64,000 bases of DNA from Campylobacter sp. (GCF_030528245.1 NZ_JAUMZG010000001.1:9974-73973), one strand, 5' to 3'. Positions 1-11,427 are shown, numbered from the stretch's first letter. A program made the numbers and translations. The notes: a model not told the origin generated them from the sequence alone.

Positions 1-408
1 CGCCCCAACGCAAGGGGCCAAATCGCTGCCAAAGCTTGAAATTTCGCCCACCGTGCCCGTGCCTGATCGGAGCATGCCTTGCAGGGTTTTTAAGAGCAGT
101 GCGTCCTTGGCCTCTTGGCTCAAATTTTGCCGGTGCGCCATCACGCTTTTGAGCCAGGGTAAAAATTTGCCAAAATGCAGGGTGTAGGAATTGGCGCTGA
201 ACTCTAAATGCGTGTGAGAGTTGATGAAGGCGGGGAGTATGAGGGAGTTGGGAGGTGTTGGGATGATTTTGGCTTGGGGGTATTTTTGCCTGAGGTGCTT
301 GGCTGTGCCAAATTCTAAGATTTTCTCGTCAAAAACGAAGCCCTGATTGTCCAAAATGCTGAAATTTTCATCGCATAAAAATAAATATCTCGCAGAAACG
401 ATAAACAC
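1..408 (-). CDS. Amidohydrolase-family metal-dependent hydrolase (aminofutalosine deaminase MqnF-like, Cj0067 homolog), 5' part; runs off the window start
   Basis: Manual translation from GTG at 408: (M)FIVSARYLFLCDENF...PAFINSHTHLEFS (HxH metal motif)...GTGTVGEISSFG. GAAAGGA RBS upstream; divergent from aroQ. Confidence 0.8.
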   Translation of the reverse strand, partial: MFIVSARYLFLCDENFSILDNQGFVFDEKILEFGTAKHLRQKYPQAKIIPTPPNSLILPAFINSHTHLEFSANSYTLHFGKFLPWLKSVMAHRQNLSQEAKDALLLKTLQGMLRSGTGTVGEISSFGSDLAPCVGA

Positions 409-432
409 GATTTTCCTTTCCAAAAGATACCC

Positions 433-466
433 ATTGTAACAAAAATTTATTTTTAAATGCTACAAT
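433..466. promoter_or_regulatory. Back-to-back sigma70 extended -10 elements: TGtTACAAT on - strand (433-441) and TGcTACAAT on + strand (458-466)
   Basis: Both match the Campylobacter TGnTAnAAT consensus and lie in the AT-rich gap between divergent genes. Confidence 0.6.
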
Positions 467-501
467 GTGGGCTTGAAGCTAGAATTTTAAGGTTGGCAAA
501 G

Positions 502-975
502 ATGAAAATTATGGTGATTCAAGGACCCAATATCAACATGCTCGGGCTTAGAGAGGTGGGGATTTATGGGGCGATGAAGATGGAGGAGATCCACGATCAA
601 ATGAGGCTTGCCGCCTCTCAAAATGGCGTGGAGCTTGATTTTTTTCAAAGTAATTTTGAGGGCGAGTTGGTGGATAAGGTGCAGGAATGTCTGGGAATTT
701 ACGAGGGCATCATCATCAACGCCGCCGCCTACACGCACAGCTCCATCGCCCTGCGTGATGCCATCGCTGCGGTGGCTTTGCCGACCGTTGAGGTGCATAT
801 TTCCAACATCCATCGCCGGGAGGAATTCCGGCAAAAAAGCCTTCTAGCGCCCGTGTGTGCGGGCTCTATCGTGGGCTTTGGTCCCTTTGGTTATCATCTG
901 GCTTTGATGGGGGTGATTCAAATTTGTCAGCAGGTGAAAAATTTAAAATCCTTGCAACAAAATGCTCAAAATTAA
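502..975 (+). CDS. aroQ: Type II 3-dehydroquinate dehydratase
   Basis: [36 protein letters not shown] motifs; start placed at MKIMV. Confidence 0.97.
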   Translation: MKIMVIQGPNINMLGLREVGIYGAMKMEEIHDQMRLAASQNGVELDFFQSNFEGELVDKVQECLGIYEGIIINAAAYTHSSIALRDAIAAVALPTVEVHISNIHRREEFRQKSLLAPVCAGSIVGFGPFGYHLALMGVIQICQQVKNLKSLQQNAQN

Positions 976-1477
976 GGGAGCGAGGCGGCTGGAAACGGGC
1001 CGCTTTTTTCCCTTTGAAAGTGGAGAATTTAGAACCTTCAAATACCTCGCTTGGGTGGGACTTGGGAGCAATATCAAGGATGAAAAAAAGCGTTTCTGTG
1101 CTTTGTTTAGAATTTTAATGGACGATAGGAGGCTTAAGGTCATCGCAACTTCGCCTTTTTTGATCAATGCGGCCTTTGCTTACGAGGCACAAAAGGACTT
1201 TACCAACGCTGTGATGGTGGTGCAAACCAATTTGCACGCGAGGGCATTTTTAAAGGTTTTGCTTTATTATGAGCTTAAATTTAAGCGCGAAAGGACCTTT
1301 AAAAATGCTCCAAGGACGCTTGATTTGGACCTTTTGTATTTTTCGCAAAAAAGCAAACAGGACGCTTGGTGCAGAGTGCCTCACATCGGGGCTGGAGAGA
1401 GGATTAGCGTGATTTTGCCTTTGGGCTTACTGAAAGGGAGAGCAAGTGGGTCAGCTTATTTACACCTTTACCGTTGA
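962..1477 (+). CDS. folK: 2-amino-4-hydroxy-6-hydroxymethyldihydropteridine diphosphokinase
   Basis: [23 protein letters not shown] motifs. Confidence 0.95.
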   Translation: MLKIKGARRLETGRFFPFESGEFRTFKYLAWVGLGSNIKDEKKRFCALFRILMDDRRLKVIATSPFLINAAFAYEAQKDFTNAVMVVQTNLHARAFLKVLLYYELKFKRERTFKNAPRTLDLDLLYFSQKSKQDAWCRVPHIGAGERISVILPLGLLKGRASGSAYLHLYR

Positions 1478-2792
1478 GGATACTGAGGAAATCATACCAA
1501 AGGTCAAAGAAGACTACGGCGATAAGGCTTTGATCATTACCAACAAGCAAATTCGTCCCAAAACCATCAATCGCAAGGGGCTTTATGAGGTGATGGTCGC
1601 GATAGAGGAGGCCGATTATAAGGAGCATCTTAAGGCTATGGGTAAGCCTATGCCGAGCAAAACGGCCAAAAAACCAGCCCCAACTCACGAGGCGCAAAAG
1701 GACGAGGATGTGGTTTTGGATCTTTCTAGTGCCCTGAAAAACAGGCCCCAATCGCAAACGAATCCTCCTCAAAGCAGGCCCAGCTTTGATGATTTTAAAG
1801 AAAAGCTTTCGGAGGTGAGTTCTGAGATTACGAAGGTTACGGGGGTGAATTTACCCGAGACAGACCTCAATTACAACAAAAAAATAGAAGCCTTTGAAAA
1901 GCAAATCAACAAACTCAGCGATAAGATGAATTTGCTCGTGGATATGATGTGGGATGAGAAGGCCGAAGCGAGGAAAAACCTCATCATCCCGCCTGAATTT
2001 GCGAGTATCTACAAGCAGGCTAAGGAAAGTGGCATGCTTGAAAATCATCTCGAGGCCATCATGAAGGCGACCATTGAAAACATGCCAGCGAGCATGAAGA
2101 CCAACAAAGAAGCGGTGCAAAGGTATTTTTACTCACTTTTGCGCAATATCCTGCCCTGTCGTGTGGAGGGGGAGCTTAAAAAGCAAAAAATTATGATGCT
2201 CGTGGGACCTACGGGCGTGGGGAAGACGACCACGCTTGCCAAGCTTGCCTTCCGCTATGCCTACGGGGACAAACGCTACAAAACAGGCATCATCACCCTA
2301 GACACTTACAGGATAGGCGCGGTTGAGCAGCTTTTTCAGTATGCGAAGATGATGAAGCTACCCATCATCGATAGCATAGAGCCTAAGGACTTGGACGAGG
2401 CGATAAAGAGTCTTAGTAGTTGTGAGGTGATCTTGGTCGATACCATAGGAAATTCACAATACGATCAAAGCAAGCTCGCAAAAACGAAGGAATTTTTAAC
2501 GCACGCCAATGCTGAGATCGATGTCAATCTCGTCATCTCGGCCAATACCAAATTTGAGGATTTGATGGAGATTTATAAAAATTTTTCCTTTCTTGACATC
2601 GACACGCTCATCATCACTAAATTTGATGAGAGTAAGCTTTTTGGTAACATTTTCTCCCTCATTTACGAGACAAATATACCCCTTAGCTTTTTTTCTGTGG
2701 GGCAGGAGGTGCCCGATGATTTGGAAGTGGCCAATAGTGATTTTTTAGTGCGCTGCATCTTGGAGGGATTTGATAGGAAAAACCATGGATAA
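1446..2792 (+). CDS. flhF: Flagellar biosynthesis SRP-family GTPase FlhF
   Basis: [33 protein letters not shown] motifs. Confidence 0.97.
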   Translation: MGQLIYTFTVEDTEEIIPKVKEDYGDKALIITNKQIRPKTINRKGLYEVMVAIEEADYKEHLKAMGKPMPSKTAKKPAPTHEAQKDEDVVLDLSSALKNRPQSQTNPPQSRPSFDDFKEKLSEVSSEITKVTGVNLPETDLNYNKKIEAFEKQINKLSDKMNLLVDMMWDEKAEARKNLIIPPEFASIYKQAKESGMLENHLEAIMKATIENMPASMKTNKEAVQRYFYSLLRNILPCRVEGELKKQKIMMLVGPTGVGKTTTLAKLAFRYAYGDKRYKTGIITLDTYRIGAVEQLFQYAKMMKLPIIDSIEPKDLDEAIKSLSSCEVILVDTIGNSQYDQSKLAKTKEFLTHANAEIDVNLVISANTKFEDLMEIYKNFSFLDIDTLIITKFDESKLFGNIFSLIYETNIPLSFFSVGQEVPDDLEVANSDFLVRCILEGFDRKNHG

Positions 2793-3651
2793 TCAAGCAA
2801 ACAAATTGCGAAATTTGATGAATAAAAACGAAGAAAAAGCGGGCAAACGCACCCATTTCATCGCCATCACGAGCGGTAAGGGCGGTGTGGGTAAAAGCAC
2901 CATCAGCGCGAATTTAGCCAATGTTTTAGCGGGTAATAATTACAAGGTCGGGCTTTTTGATGCGGACATTGGGCTTGCGAATTTGGATGTGATTTTGAAT
3001 GTGCGCGTCCAAAAAAACCTCCTACATGTCCTAAGGGGGGAGTGCTCTTTGGAGGATATTTTGATCGAGGTTAAGCCCAATTTATGGCTCATCCCCGGCG
3101 AGAGTGGGGATGAAATTTTAAAATACAACGACAAAAATATTTACGAGCGCTTTTTGAATCAGGCGAGCATTTTGGACGGACTTGACTTTCTCATCATCGA
3201 TACAGGGGCTGGCATCGGGGGAAATATTTTAAATTTCTTAGAAATGGCGGATGAGGTTGTGGTCGTTACTGTGCCTGACCCTGCGGCGATCACCGATGCC
3301 TATGCGACCATCAAAACCACCTCCAAAACGAAGGAAAATTTGCTGATGCTTTTTAATGTCGTCAAAAGCGAAAATGAGGCCTTGAGGGTTTTTGAAAACA
3401 TCAAAAAAGTAGCCAGTGCTAATATTAAAAATCCCTTAAATTTAGAATTGTTGGGGCATCTGAGTGCCTCCAAAGAGGTGAGTGCGAGTATCAAAAAAAG
3501 GACCCTTTTTAGCGATGAAAATACCAACGCGAGTGATGAGGTGAAAGCCCTAGCTTCCAAGCTTTTGTATAGGTTGGAACAAAAAGTGCTTGATGATGTT
3601 TCAAATCGTAGTTTTTCAAGCTTTTTTAGGAAAATTATCGAGAGATTTTAG
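2785..3651 (+). CDS. flhG: MinD/ParA-family flagellar ATPase FlhG
   Basis: [22 protein letters not shown]; N-terminal NQA..LR motif; follows flhF. Confidence 0.95.
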   Translation: MDNQANKLRNLMNKNEEKAGKRTHFIAITSGKGGVGKSTISANLANVLAGNNYKVGLFDADIGLANLDVILNVRVQKNLLHVLRGECSLEDILIEVKPNLWLIPGESGDEILKYNDKNIYERFLNQASILDGLDFLIIDTGAGIGGNILNFLEMADEVVVVTVPDPAAITDAYATIKTTSKTKENLLMLFNVVKSENEALRVFENIKKVASANIKNPLNLELLGHLSASKEVSASIKKRTLFSDENTNASDEVKALASKLLYRLEQKVLDDVSNRSFSSFFRKIIERF

Positions 3652-3666
3652 CAGGAAGTTGGATAG

Positions 3667-4023
3667 ATGAGACCTGAAAATTATGTGGCCTTTTTTACCG
3701 TGTGCGGCTTTTTTATAGGGCTTGCCTTCAGTGTGGTGAGTGTGGAGGAGGCCTTTGATATTTTACTTTCTACTTGTTTTATAACCTTTATGTTTTATGT
3801 TTTTGTGCACATTATCATTATGAATTTTATAGACCTTAAAAAGATCAGCGGCAGAATTTTTAATAAAAAAGATTACGAAAGAACGAGCAATAGCATCATC
3901 AATGATCTAGTCATTCGAGAAAAGAAAATGGATATGATCCTAGAAAAGCTCAATGAAGAAAGGGAGGAGCTTAAGAAAAACGAATCCCGAGAAAGACGCA
4001 AAAATGCTAAAAGAGCCGCCTAA
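3667..4023 (+). CDS. Conserved membrane protein (Cj0062c-like) in the flhF-fliA operon
   Basis: Two N-terminal TM segments and a charged coiled-coil tail; syntenic position. Confidence 0.8.
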   Translation: MRPENYVAFFTVCGFFIGLAFSVVSVEEAFDILLSTCFITFMFYVFVHIIIMNFIDLKKISGRIFNKKDYERTSNSIINDLVIREKKMDMILEKLNEEREELKKNESRERRKNAKRAA

Positions 4024-4696
4024 AGCCTATGCGGACATGATGAAAAAGGAGCAAGATGAGCTCGTGATGTCCTACATGCCAGCCCTTAGAGCTATGGCGT
4101 TTCGTCTCAAAGAGCGTCTGCCCGCAAGCATCGATGTGAATGACTTGATCGGCGTGGGCATAGAGGAGATGATCAAGCTCTCACGTCGCTATGACAAGGA
4201 GCAAAACGATAATTTTTGGGGCTTTGCGCGAAAGCGAGTCTATGGCTCGATGCTGGACTTTTTGAGAAGCCTTGATGTGATGAGCAGGAACAATCGCCGC
4301 ATCTTGAAGGACATTGACAATATCGTGGATGAGTATTACAGGGAGCACGAATGCGAGCCTGATGATGAATATTTGGCGCAGAGGTTGAATTTAGAGCTTG
4401 AAAAGGTCAAGGAGGTCCGCGCCGCCTATGCCATCAGCTACACCCTGCCCATTGAAGAGCAAATGGAGCTTTACAGCGAGGACGATACCCTAGAAAAAAT
4501 AGAAAAGGACGCTTTGCTTGAGAAAATTTCTGAAATTTTAGAGACGCTCAAGGAGCGCGATCAGCTCATCATCCAGCTTTATTATTACGAAGAGCTTAAT
4601 TTGAAAGAAATCAGCGAAATTCTAAACATCAGCGAAAGTCGCATTTCACAACTGCACAAAAAGCTTCTCAAAAAGCTTAGAGAAAGGTTGGCCTGA
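4004..4696 (+). CDS. fliA: RNA polymerase sigma-28 factor
   Basis: DLIGVG, RVYGSMLDFLR, LYYYEELNLKEISEILNISESRISQ (region 4); start at MLKEPP. Confidence 0.97.
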   Translation: MLKEPPKAYADMMKKEQDELVMSYMPALRAMAFRLKERLPASIDVNDLIGVGIEEMIKLSRRYDKEQNDNFWGFARKRVYGSMLDFLRSLDVMSRNNRRILKDIDNIVDEYYREHECEPDDEYLAQRLNLELEKVKEVRAAYAISYTLPIEEQMELYSEDDTLEKIEKDALLEKISEILETLKERDQLIIQLYYYEELNLKEISEILNISESRISQLHKKLLKKLRERLA

Positions 4697-5778
4697 TGGC
4701 AGAGATACTCTCTCAAGAAGAAATCGACGCCCTCTTGGAGGTTGTTGATGATAACGCCGACTCTAACATCAGCTCCAATGCCAAAGAAGAAAAAGACGAG
4801 CGCAACATTGTCGTTTATGACTTCAAGCGCCCCAACAGGGTCTCCAAAGAGCAACTGCGCACCATCAAGGGCATACACGATAAATTGGCCAGAAATTTAG
4901 CCTCTCAAATTTCTTCAATGATGCGCAGTATCGTCGAAACCAAGCTCCACTCGGTCGATCAAATGACTTATGGGGAATTTTTGATGTCCCTGCCAAGTCC
5001 TACAAGCTTCAATGTCTTTTCTATTAAGCCTCTTGATGGAAATTGTGTTCTAGAGATTAACCCAAGCATTGCTTTTCCTATGATAGACAGACTTTTAGGA
5101 GGGCAGGGCGATAGCTATGAGGCGAGTCGTGAGCTTACGGACATAGAATTAAATTTGCTTGATAGTATTTTGCGTATCATCATGCAAAGGCTTAAAGAAA
5201 GCTGGTCATCCGTGACTGAAATTTATCCCAGCATCGAGGCTAAGGAGAGCAGCCCCAATGTCGTGCAAATCGTCTCTCAAAACGAGATTATCATTATGGT
5301 GGTGATGGAGATTATCATAGGAAATTCAAGCGGTATGGTAAATATTTGCTATCCTGTCGTGCATTTGGAGAGTATTTTGAGCCGCCTTGCAAACCGCGAT
5401 ATCATGATGGGTGAAACCTCAGCGAAAAAATCGAGAAACAAGGAGCTTAAAACCCTCATCGGTCGCGCGGAGGTTGTTTTTGAGGCGATCTTGGGCAAAA
5501 CCCTCATCAATGTCCATGAATTCTTGGAGCTTAAGCAGGGTGATATTTTAAGGCTTGATAGAGAAGCGGACGATAAGTCCATCGTAAGCATCGATAAAAA
5601 GGATGTCTTCCTCGCGCAAATCGGTCTGCATCGTTTTAGAAAGTCCATTAAAATCATAGAACTCATCCGCACCGACAAGGATGAAATCAAAGAAATTTTA
5701 GAAAAATACGAAGAAGAGAGAAAGGCGAAGGCGAGTGTTTATGATGAAATTGAGGATTTGGAGGATGAGGAAATATGA
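4696..5778 (+). CDS. fliM: Flagellar motor switch protein FliM
   Basis: LSQEEIDALL CheY-binding peptide, YDFKRP motif. Confidence 0.97.
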   Translation: MAEILSQEEIDALLEVVDDNADSNISSNAKEEKDERNIVVYDFKRPNRVSKEQLRTIKGIHDKLARNLASQISSMMRSIVETKLHSVDQMTYGEFLMSLPSPTSFNVFSIKPLDGNCVLEINPSIAFPMIDRLLGGQGDSYEASRELTDIELNLLDSILRIIMQRLKESWSSVTEIYPSIEAKESSPNVVQIVSQNEIIIMVVMEIIIGNSSGMVNICYPVVHLESILSRLANRDIMMGETSAKKSRNKELKTLIGRAEVVFEAILGKTLINVHEFLELKQGDILRLDREADDKSIVSIDKKDVFLAQIGLHRFRKSIKIIELIRTDKDEIKEILEKYEEERKAKASVYDEIEDLEDEEI

Positions 5779-6602
5779 TGAATGAATTTTTGAAACTATT
5801 TACGAATGAGTGTGCCAGTACCATCGAGGGCTTGACGGGGAAAAATGCTGAATTTAGCGAGTATAAAGAATTTGATGTGGGCAGCAGCGATACGCTCAAG
5901 CCGCCTTTGGTTTATGTGAGCTTTACCACGAATACCGGCGGGAAAGTGGGCATTTTGGCCACCTCTGTGCTGATGAGTGCGGTGGGTGAGTGGATGATGG
6001 GTGAGGAGCAAATCAGCAAAAAAGCCGAGCTCGGGGACGATGAGATGGATGCGGCCAAAGAAGTGGTGCAAAACATCATCTCCGCCCTCACGACCAGTCT
6101 TGGCGCGCAAAAAGAATTGCCAAAGATGGAATTTAGCCTTGCGAGTTGTGAATTTGTCGCCGAGCAGCTTGATTTGAAAGGCTTTGCAAAGCTTTATCAG
6201 TTTGATGTGAAGATTGATGATTTGAGCGAGCAGCTTTCTTTGGCGATGGATGAAAAGCTTCACAAGCAGCTCACGCAAAGCGGCGATGAATCTCAAGAAT
6301 CAAGCAACGCAGAAGAAAAACCTCACCCCGTCAGTGAGGAGCTCAAAAATATCAACCTCATCATGGATGTGCGCCTACCCGTGCGAGTGCGCATAGGCAA
6401 CAAAAAAATGCTTCTTAAGGATGTGCTGACGATGGACATAGGCTCTGTGGTCGAGCTCAATCAACTCGCCAACGATCCGCTGGAAATTCTCATTGGAGAT
6501 AAGAGAATCGCCTACGGGGAGGTGGTCATCGTGGATGGAAATTTCGGCGTGCAAATCACAGAAATCGGCACAAAAAAAGAAAGACTGGAGCAACTGCGTT
6601 AA
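5775..6602 (+). CDS. fliY: Flagellar motor switch protein FliY
   Basis: CheC-like N-terminus and C-terminal FliN/SpoA domain (GEVVIVDGNFGVQI). Confidence 0.93.
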   Translation: MMNEFLKLFTNECASTIEGLTGKNAEFSEYKEFDVGSSDTLKPPLVYVSFTTNTGGKVGILATSVLMSAVGEWMMGEEQISKKAELGDDEMDAAKEVVQNIISALTTSLGAQKELPKMEFSLASCEFVAEQLDLKGFAKLYQFDVKIDDLSEQLSLAMDEKLHKQLTQSGDESQESSNAEEKPHPVSEELKNINLIMDVRLPVRVRIGNKKMLLKDVLTMDIGSVVELNQLANDPLEILIGDKRIAYGEVVIVDGNFGVQITEIGTKKERLEQLR

Positions 6603-6691
6603 ATTCACATCCGCATTCAACCCCCCCATAGGCTTGTAAGGCCTTTGATTTTATTTTAAAATCTCGCAAAATTCATTTTGAAAGGAAGAGG

Positions 6692-8227
6692 ATGTTGCGA
6701 ATTTTGGCCTTGATTTTGTTTTTTGCTTTTTTTCTTCACGCGAAAACCCCCAAGGATACTTTGATTATAGGCGTTGAGAGCGAGGTGGCGAAAATCAATC
6801 CCGCTTACAGCGAGGATCACGATGCGGCGGTCGCTTTGGTATTTTCTGGCTTGGTGCGCATGGATGAAAATATGCAGCCCCAGCCCGATCTGGCGAAGGC
6901 TTGGAGTGTGAGCGAGGACGGCTTGGAATATGTGTTTGATCTGCGCGAGGATGTGCTTTGGCACGATGGCAAAAAATTCAGCGCCGCAGATGTGAAATTC
7001 AGCATCGAGGCCTTTAAAAATCCTCAAACCAACGCCTCCATTTATGTGAATTTTGAGGATGTGAAGGGCCTTGAAATCCTCAACGACTATAAAATTAAAA
7101 TCACGCTCAAACAGCCCTTTCCAGCTTTTTTGGACGCCTTGAGCGTGGGGATATTGCCCAAGCATTTGCTTGAAAATGAGGATCTCAACACCGCTCCCTT
7201 CAATCAAAACCCCATCGGCACGGGACCCTTTAAATTTGAAAAGTGGAAAAAGGGCGAGTATGTGAGCTTCGTGGCGAATGAGAATTATCATTTGGCGAGG
7301 GTGGCTAGCAAGAGGCTGATTTTAAAGAGCATTAGCGATTTTAATGTGGCTGCGGTGGAGCTTAAGGGGGGTAAGATTGATGCGGCTTTGATAGAGCCTG
7401 CCTTGCTGAAAAATTTTGAAAAAGATCCTCAATTTAAGATTTTGCGCGAAAAATCCGCCGATTACAGGGCACTGATGTTTAATTTAAACAACAAATTTTT
7501 CAAGGACAAAAGGGTGCGCCTTGCCCTAAATCATGCGGTCAATAAACAAGAAATCGCAGATAAAATCCTCCACGGCTACGGCTTTGCCGCTTGGCATCCT
7601 TTGCAAAATTCTTGGGCAGCGCCGCAGGATTTTAAGGGCCCGGCCTACGATGCGGCTAGGGCGGAGCAGCTTTTGAGAGAGGCGGGTTTTGTGAAAAATC
7701 CTTCAGGCTTTTACGAAAAAGACGGCAAGGCTTTGGAATTTGAGATGTATGCGTTCAGCTCGGACCCTTTGCGCGTGAGTTTGGCGGGCATCTTGCAGAA
7801 TGAATTCAAAAAAATAGGCGTGCAAACCAAGGTCATCGTCAAGCCAGCAGGAAGCTTTGATCTCTCCAAAGTGGATAGCTTTTTGATCGGCTGGGGGAGT
7901 CCGCTGGATCCAGATTTTCACACCTTTAGGGTCTTTGCCAGCTCGCAAGATAGCGCCCTCAATCCTCAGGGCTGGAATTTTGGACACTACCAAGACGAAA
8001 GGGTCGATGAGGCCCTGCTAAAAGCCAGAAATTCGCTGGGGCAAGAAGAGAGAAAGGGGTATTATGCGAATTTCATCCGCGCCCTGCAGGAAAATCCGCC
8101 CTTTCTTTTCATCGCGTATTTGGATTTTGCCCTGGTTTATGATGCGGCTTTGCAGGGCGTCAAGCCTCATATTTTGGGGCATCACGGCGTGGGCTTCACT
8201 TGGAATGTCCATGAGTGGAGCAAATAG
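6692..8227 (+). CDS. nikZ: Nickel/peptide ABC transporter substrate-binding protein (family 5)
   Basis: Signal peptide, PDLAKAW, WHDG, PIGTGPF, GHHG; position upstream of nuoA as for C. jejuni Cj1584c. Confidence 0.8.
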   Translation: MLRILALILFFAFFLHAKTPKDTLIIGVESEVAKINPAYSEDHDAAVALVFSGLVRMDENMQPQPDLAKAWSVSEDGLEYVFDLREDVLWHDGKKFSAADVKFSIEAFKNPQTNASIYVNFEDVKGLEILNDYKIKITLKQPFPAFLDALSVGILPKHLLENEDLNTAPFNQNPIGTGPFKFEKWKKGEYVSFVANENYHLARVASKRLILKSISDFNVAAVELKGGKIDAALIEPALLKNFEKDPQFKILREKSADYRALMFNLNNKFFKDKRVRLALNHAVNKQEIADKILHGYGFAAWHPLQNSWAAPQDFKGPAYDAARAEQLLREAGFVKNPSGFYEKDGKALEFEMYAFSSDPLRVSLAGILQNEFKKIGVQTKVIVKPAGSFDLSKVDSFLIGWGSPLDPDFHTFRVFASSQDSALNPQGWNFGHYQDERVDEALLKARNSLGQEERKGYYANFIRALQENPPFLFIAYLDFALVYDAALQGVKPHILGHHGVGFTWNVHEWSK

Positions 8228-9159
8228 TGCTAAAACGCCTCGTTTTTGTCGTTTTCATCGCCTTTTTCAGTTCGTTTTTGTGCTTTGTGATGCTGCATTT
8301 TAGCAAGGCAAGCGCGGCCTTTGCCAAGAGGGGCAATGCCGTGAGCCTTGAGGCCAGACAAAGGCTCGAGGCGACATTTGGGCTTGATAAGCCCCTGATG
8401 GAGCAGTATGTGGCGTGGATTTTTAGGGCTTTGAGGGGGGATTTGGGCTTTTCACTCATCAGCGGGGAGAGTGTTTTGAGCCTCGTGAAAGAGCGGATCT
8501 TCAACACCCTTATCCTAAGCCTGAGCGCCTTGATGCTTTTGTTTTTTCTTTCTTTGACCCTGGCTTTGCTTTGCTTGCTTTATGAAAATTCCCTCTTGGA
8601 TAGGGCGTTGAGCTTCATTTGCATGAGCTTTCTTGCCCTGCCCAGCTTTGCCCTATCCCTGCTTTTCATTTTATTTTTCGGTGCTTTTTTGCAAATTTTA
8701 CCCACCTCTGGCACCAGCGATATAAGCCTTGAGAATGATTTTTCCAACCGCCTAAGCCACCTCGCACTCCCCCTTAGCGTCTTGGTGCTTTCTCATTTGG
8801 CGGTTTTCATGCAAGTGGCGCGCAATGCCTTGATCGAAAGCCATCACAAGCCCTTTATTTTAAACGCCTACGCGCGGGGACTCAGACGGAGGCGAATTTT
8901 CTTGCACCTCACGCTAAAACACGCCCTAACGCCCATCATATCATACTTTGGCGCCTGTGCCTTGAGTTTCATGATGGGCGCTTATGTGGTGGAGAGCGTT
9001 TTTTCCTACGCAGGGGTGGGGAATTTAATGATACAAAGCATCCTTTATAAGGACTATCCCGTGGTTTTGGCCCTCGTTTTCATCAGCGTTTTGCTGGCGG
9101 GATTTTTTACTTTCACGGCGGATTGTTTATGCAGGCTCATCCATCCAAGCATCGAATAA
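8215..9159 (+). CDS. nikY: ABC transporter permease (OppB/NikB family)
   Basis: GLDKPL..QY, GDLGFS, ARGL EAA-like loop, VESVFSYAG.G. Confidence 0.8.
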   Translation: MEQIVLKRLVFVVFIAFFSSFLCFVMLHFSKASAAFAKRGNAVSLEARQRLEATFGLDKPLMEQYVAWIFRALRGDLGFSLISGESVLSLVKERIFNTLILSLSALMLLFFLSLTLALLCLLYENSLLDRALSFICMSFLALPSFALSLLFILFFGAFLQILPTSGTSDISLENDFSNRLSHLALPLSVLVLSHLAVFMQVARNALIESHHKPFILNAYARGLRRRRIFLHLTLKHALTPIISYFGACALSFMMGAYVVESVFSYAGVGNLMIQSILYKDYPVVLALVFISVLLAGFFTFTADCLCRLIHPSIE

Positions 9160-9935
9160 AATTTTCGCTCTTTTTAGCGCCCCTATTTACGTTGGCATTC
9201 TTGGCGTTTTTCATCCCCCATTTTAGCCCTCATGATATCAACCTCGCCTCCCTATCCGCACTTTATCAAGCGCCCAATTCAAAGCATTTTTTCGGCACCG
9301 ATCATTTAGGACGCGACCTTTTCACGCGCCTTTTTTACGCCCTGCGCTCCTCCATTTTCATAGGCCTTGCCGCGTCTTTTTTGACGCTTTTATTCGCGGT
9401 TTTTTATGTGTTTTTGGCGCGCTTTTGTGATGTTTTGATGCGTTTTTTGGACATGTTTTTGGCCCTGCCTTTTTTGCTTTTGATGATGTTTTTTCAAAGC
9501 TTTGTTGCCGGAGGATATGCGAGCATGATCATCCTCATCGCCCTGACCCACTGGCCCTTCATCGCCAAGCTCCTTGCCAGCGAGCTTAAGAGGCTTGAGG
9601 GTTTGGAATTTTATCAGGCGGCTTTGGTGCTTGGCAGCTCAAGGACTCGGGCCTTTTTTTGTGAGCTTTTGCCGCCTTGTTTTTCCATTTTGACGGTGCT
9701 TTTCATCCTAAACATCATCCACGCCATAGGCACGGAGGCGACCCTGAGTTTTTTTGGGCTTGGCCTTGCCTTTGAAATTCCAAGTCTTGGCACCATGCTA
9801 GCAGAGGCCTCTGGGGCCGTTTTTATGGGAGCGTGGTGGCTCATCATCCACCCCCTTTTAGCCCTACTTTTGCTCATCTTGCCGCTTTTGGCCCTGAGTG
9901 CGCATTTGCAAAAGTATTTCGGGATAAAATTGTGA
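9123..9935 (+). CDS. nikX: ABC transporter permease (OppC/NikC family)
   Basis: HFFGTDHLGRDLF, EATLSFFGLG, PSLG; exact start uncertain (9123 or 9129). Confidence 0.8.
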   Translation: MFMQAHPSKHRIKFSLFLAPLFTLAFLAFFIPHFSPHDINLASLSALYQAPNSKHFFGTDHLGRDLFTRLFYALRSSIFIGLAASFLTLLFAVFYVFLARFCDVLMRFLDMFLALPFLLLMMFFQSFVAGGYASMIILIALTHWPFIAKLLASELKRLEGLEFYQAALVLGSSRTRAFFCELLPPCFSILTVLFILNIIHAIGTEATLSFFGLGLAFEIPSLGTMLAEASGAVFMGAWWLIIHPLLALLLLILPLLALSAHLQKYFGIKL

Positions 9936-10669
9936 TAGAGGTGCGAAATTTGAGCCTCAGTCTTGGGGGAAAGGGGCTTTTGGAAAATATCTCTTTTTCC
10001 TTGAAAAGCGGACAAAATCTCGCCATAATGGGCGAAAGCGGGAGCGGGAAGAGCCTCTTAGCACGAGCACTCATCGGGCTTTTTGGGACGCAGTATGAGC
10101 TCAGTGCAAAAACCTTGTGCGTGGATGGTGAGGACGTTTTGGGGATGGGGGCTGAGGATTTGCGGCTTTTTAGGGCTAAATTTGCCCTAGTTTTGCAAGA
10201 AGCGAGCGATAGCTTTTATCCCTACTTAAATTTAGGCGATATGTTTCATATCGTCCTTAAAACGCACACAAAGCTTAACGCCGCGCAGAGGAAGCAAAGG
10301 GCCTTTGAGTGCATGAGGAGGCTTGGATTTGAGGATTTGGAGCTTTTGTGGCACTCTTTTGCGCATCAGTTAAGCGTGGGAATGGCAAGGAGGCTTGGCC
10401 TAGCCCTTGCCCTTTCAAGCTCCCCAAAATACTTAGTTTGTGATGAAATCACCACTTCGCTGGATAGGGAAAATGAGAAAAAAATCATCCATTTTTTGAA
10501 AGAGAAAAAAAATTTAATCCTCATCACGCACGATTTGAATTTGGCTAAAGAATTGAGCGATGTGATTTTGATTTTAGAGCGTGGAGGGGTGGCGCAATTT
10601 TGCAAAAGCGGCGAATTTTTTAGCGAAGATAACGCGTGGCTGAGGGCTCATGGGAGGGTTTATGCTTGA
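9932..10669 (+). CDS. nikW: ABC transporter ATP-binding protein
   Basis: GESGSGKS Walker A, LSVGMARR signature, CDE Walker B, ITHD; GTG start overlaps upstream TGA. Confidence 0.8.
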   Translation: MIEVRNLSLSLGGKGLLENISFSLKSGQNLAIMGESGSGKSLLARALIGLFGTQYELSAKTLCVDGEDVLGMGAEDLRLFRAKFALVLQEASDSFYPYLNLGDMFHIVLKTHTKLNAAQRKQRAFECMRRLGFEDLELLWHSFAHQLSVGMARRLGLALALSSSPKYLVCDEITTSLDRENEKKIIHFLKEKKNLILITHDLNLAKELSDVILILERGGVAQFCKSGEFFSEDNAWLRAHGRVYA

Positions 10670-11321
10670 GGTGAGGGGACTGGCGAAAAGCTACGCGCTA
10701 AGGCGACACTGGTATGTGAGGAAAGAGGAGCGTTTGATTTTTGAAAATATCAATTTTTCTTTAAATCTTGGAGAAAATTTGCTCATCATTGGGGAGAGCG
10801 GCAGGGGAAAAAGCACTCTGGCTAGAATTTTATGCGGTCTGCAAAGGCCCAGCTCGGGGGAGGTTTTATACGAGGGTGAAAACATCCACACGGCGCGGAA
10901 TTTTGGGCGTTTTAAGCAAAATATCCAGTATGTTTTTCAAAATCAAAAACTCGCTCTCAATCCCTACAAGAGCATCGACACGCTCATTTATGGCGTTTTT
11001 TCAAATTTTAAGATGAAAAAAGATAGGAGCTGGGTGGAGAAAATGCTTGGTAATTTCGCGCTCAAGGAGAGCATTTTGACCCTAAAGCCAGCGCAGTTAA
11101 GCGGCGGGGAGGCTAGCAGGGTGGGGATTTTGCGCGCGCTCATCCCCTCGCCTAAAATCCTCATACTGGATGAGCCAACCAGTGCTTTGGATATTTTAAA
11201 TTCCATGAGGATTATTGATTTTTTAAAAGCCTATCAAAAAGAAAATTCGATCGCTTACATTTTTATCACGCATCAGGAGGAATTTTTTAAGGATCTTGCT
11301 CATTCTATTTTTAAAATTTAA
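10662..11321 (+). CDS. nikV: ABC transporter ATP-binding protein
   Basis: GESGRGKST, LSGGE, ILDEPTSALD, ITH. Confidence 0.8.
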   Translation: MLEVRGLAKSYALRRHWYVRKEERLIFENINFSLNLGENLLIIGESGRGKSTLARILCGLQRPSSGEVLYEGENIHTARNFGRFKQNIQYVFQNQKLALNPYKSIDTLIYGVFSNFKMKKDRSWVEKMLGNFALKESILTLKPAQLSGGEASRVGILRALIPSPKILILDEPTSALDILNSMRIIDFLKAYQKENSIAYIFITHQEEFFKDLAHSIFKI

Positions 11322-11427
11322 TATTAATTTAAGTCATCGCTTTAATTCGCATAATTTTTATCTTAATATAAGTTTTGATTTTAGAAATTTTATGTAAGAT
11401 TTTTGCGAAGTTAAAAAAAGGATAAAA

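Noticed and set aside
6621-6627. C7 run upstream of nikZ as a phase-variable promoter
   Set aside because: Short, and runs of this length are common throughout the window.
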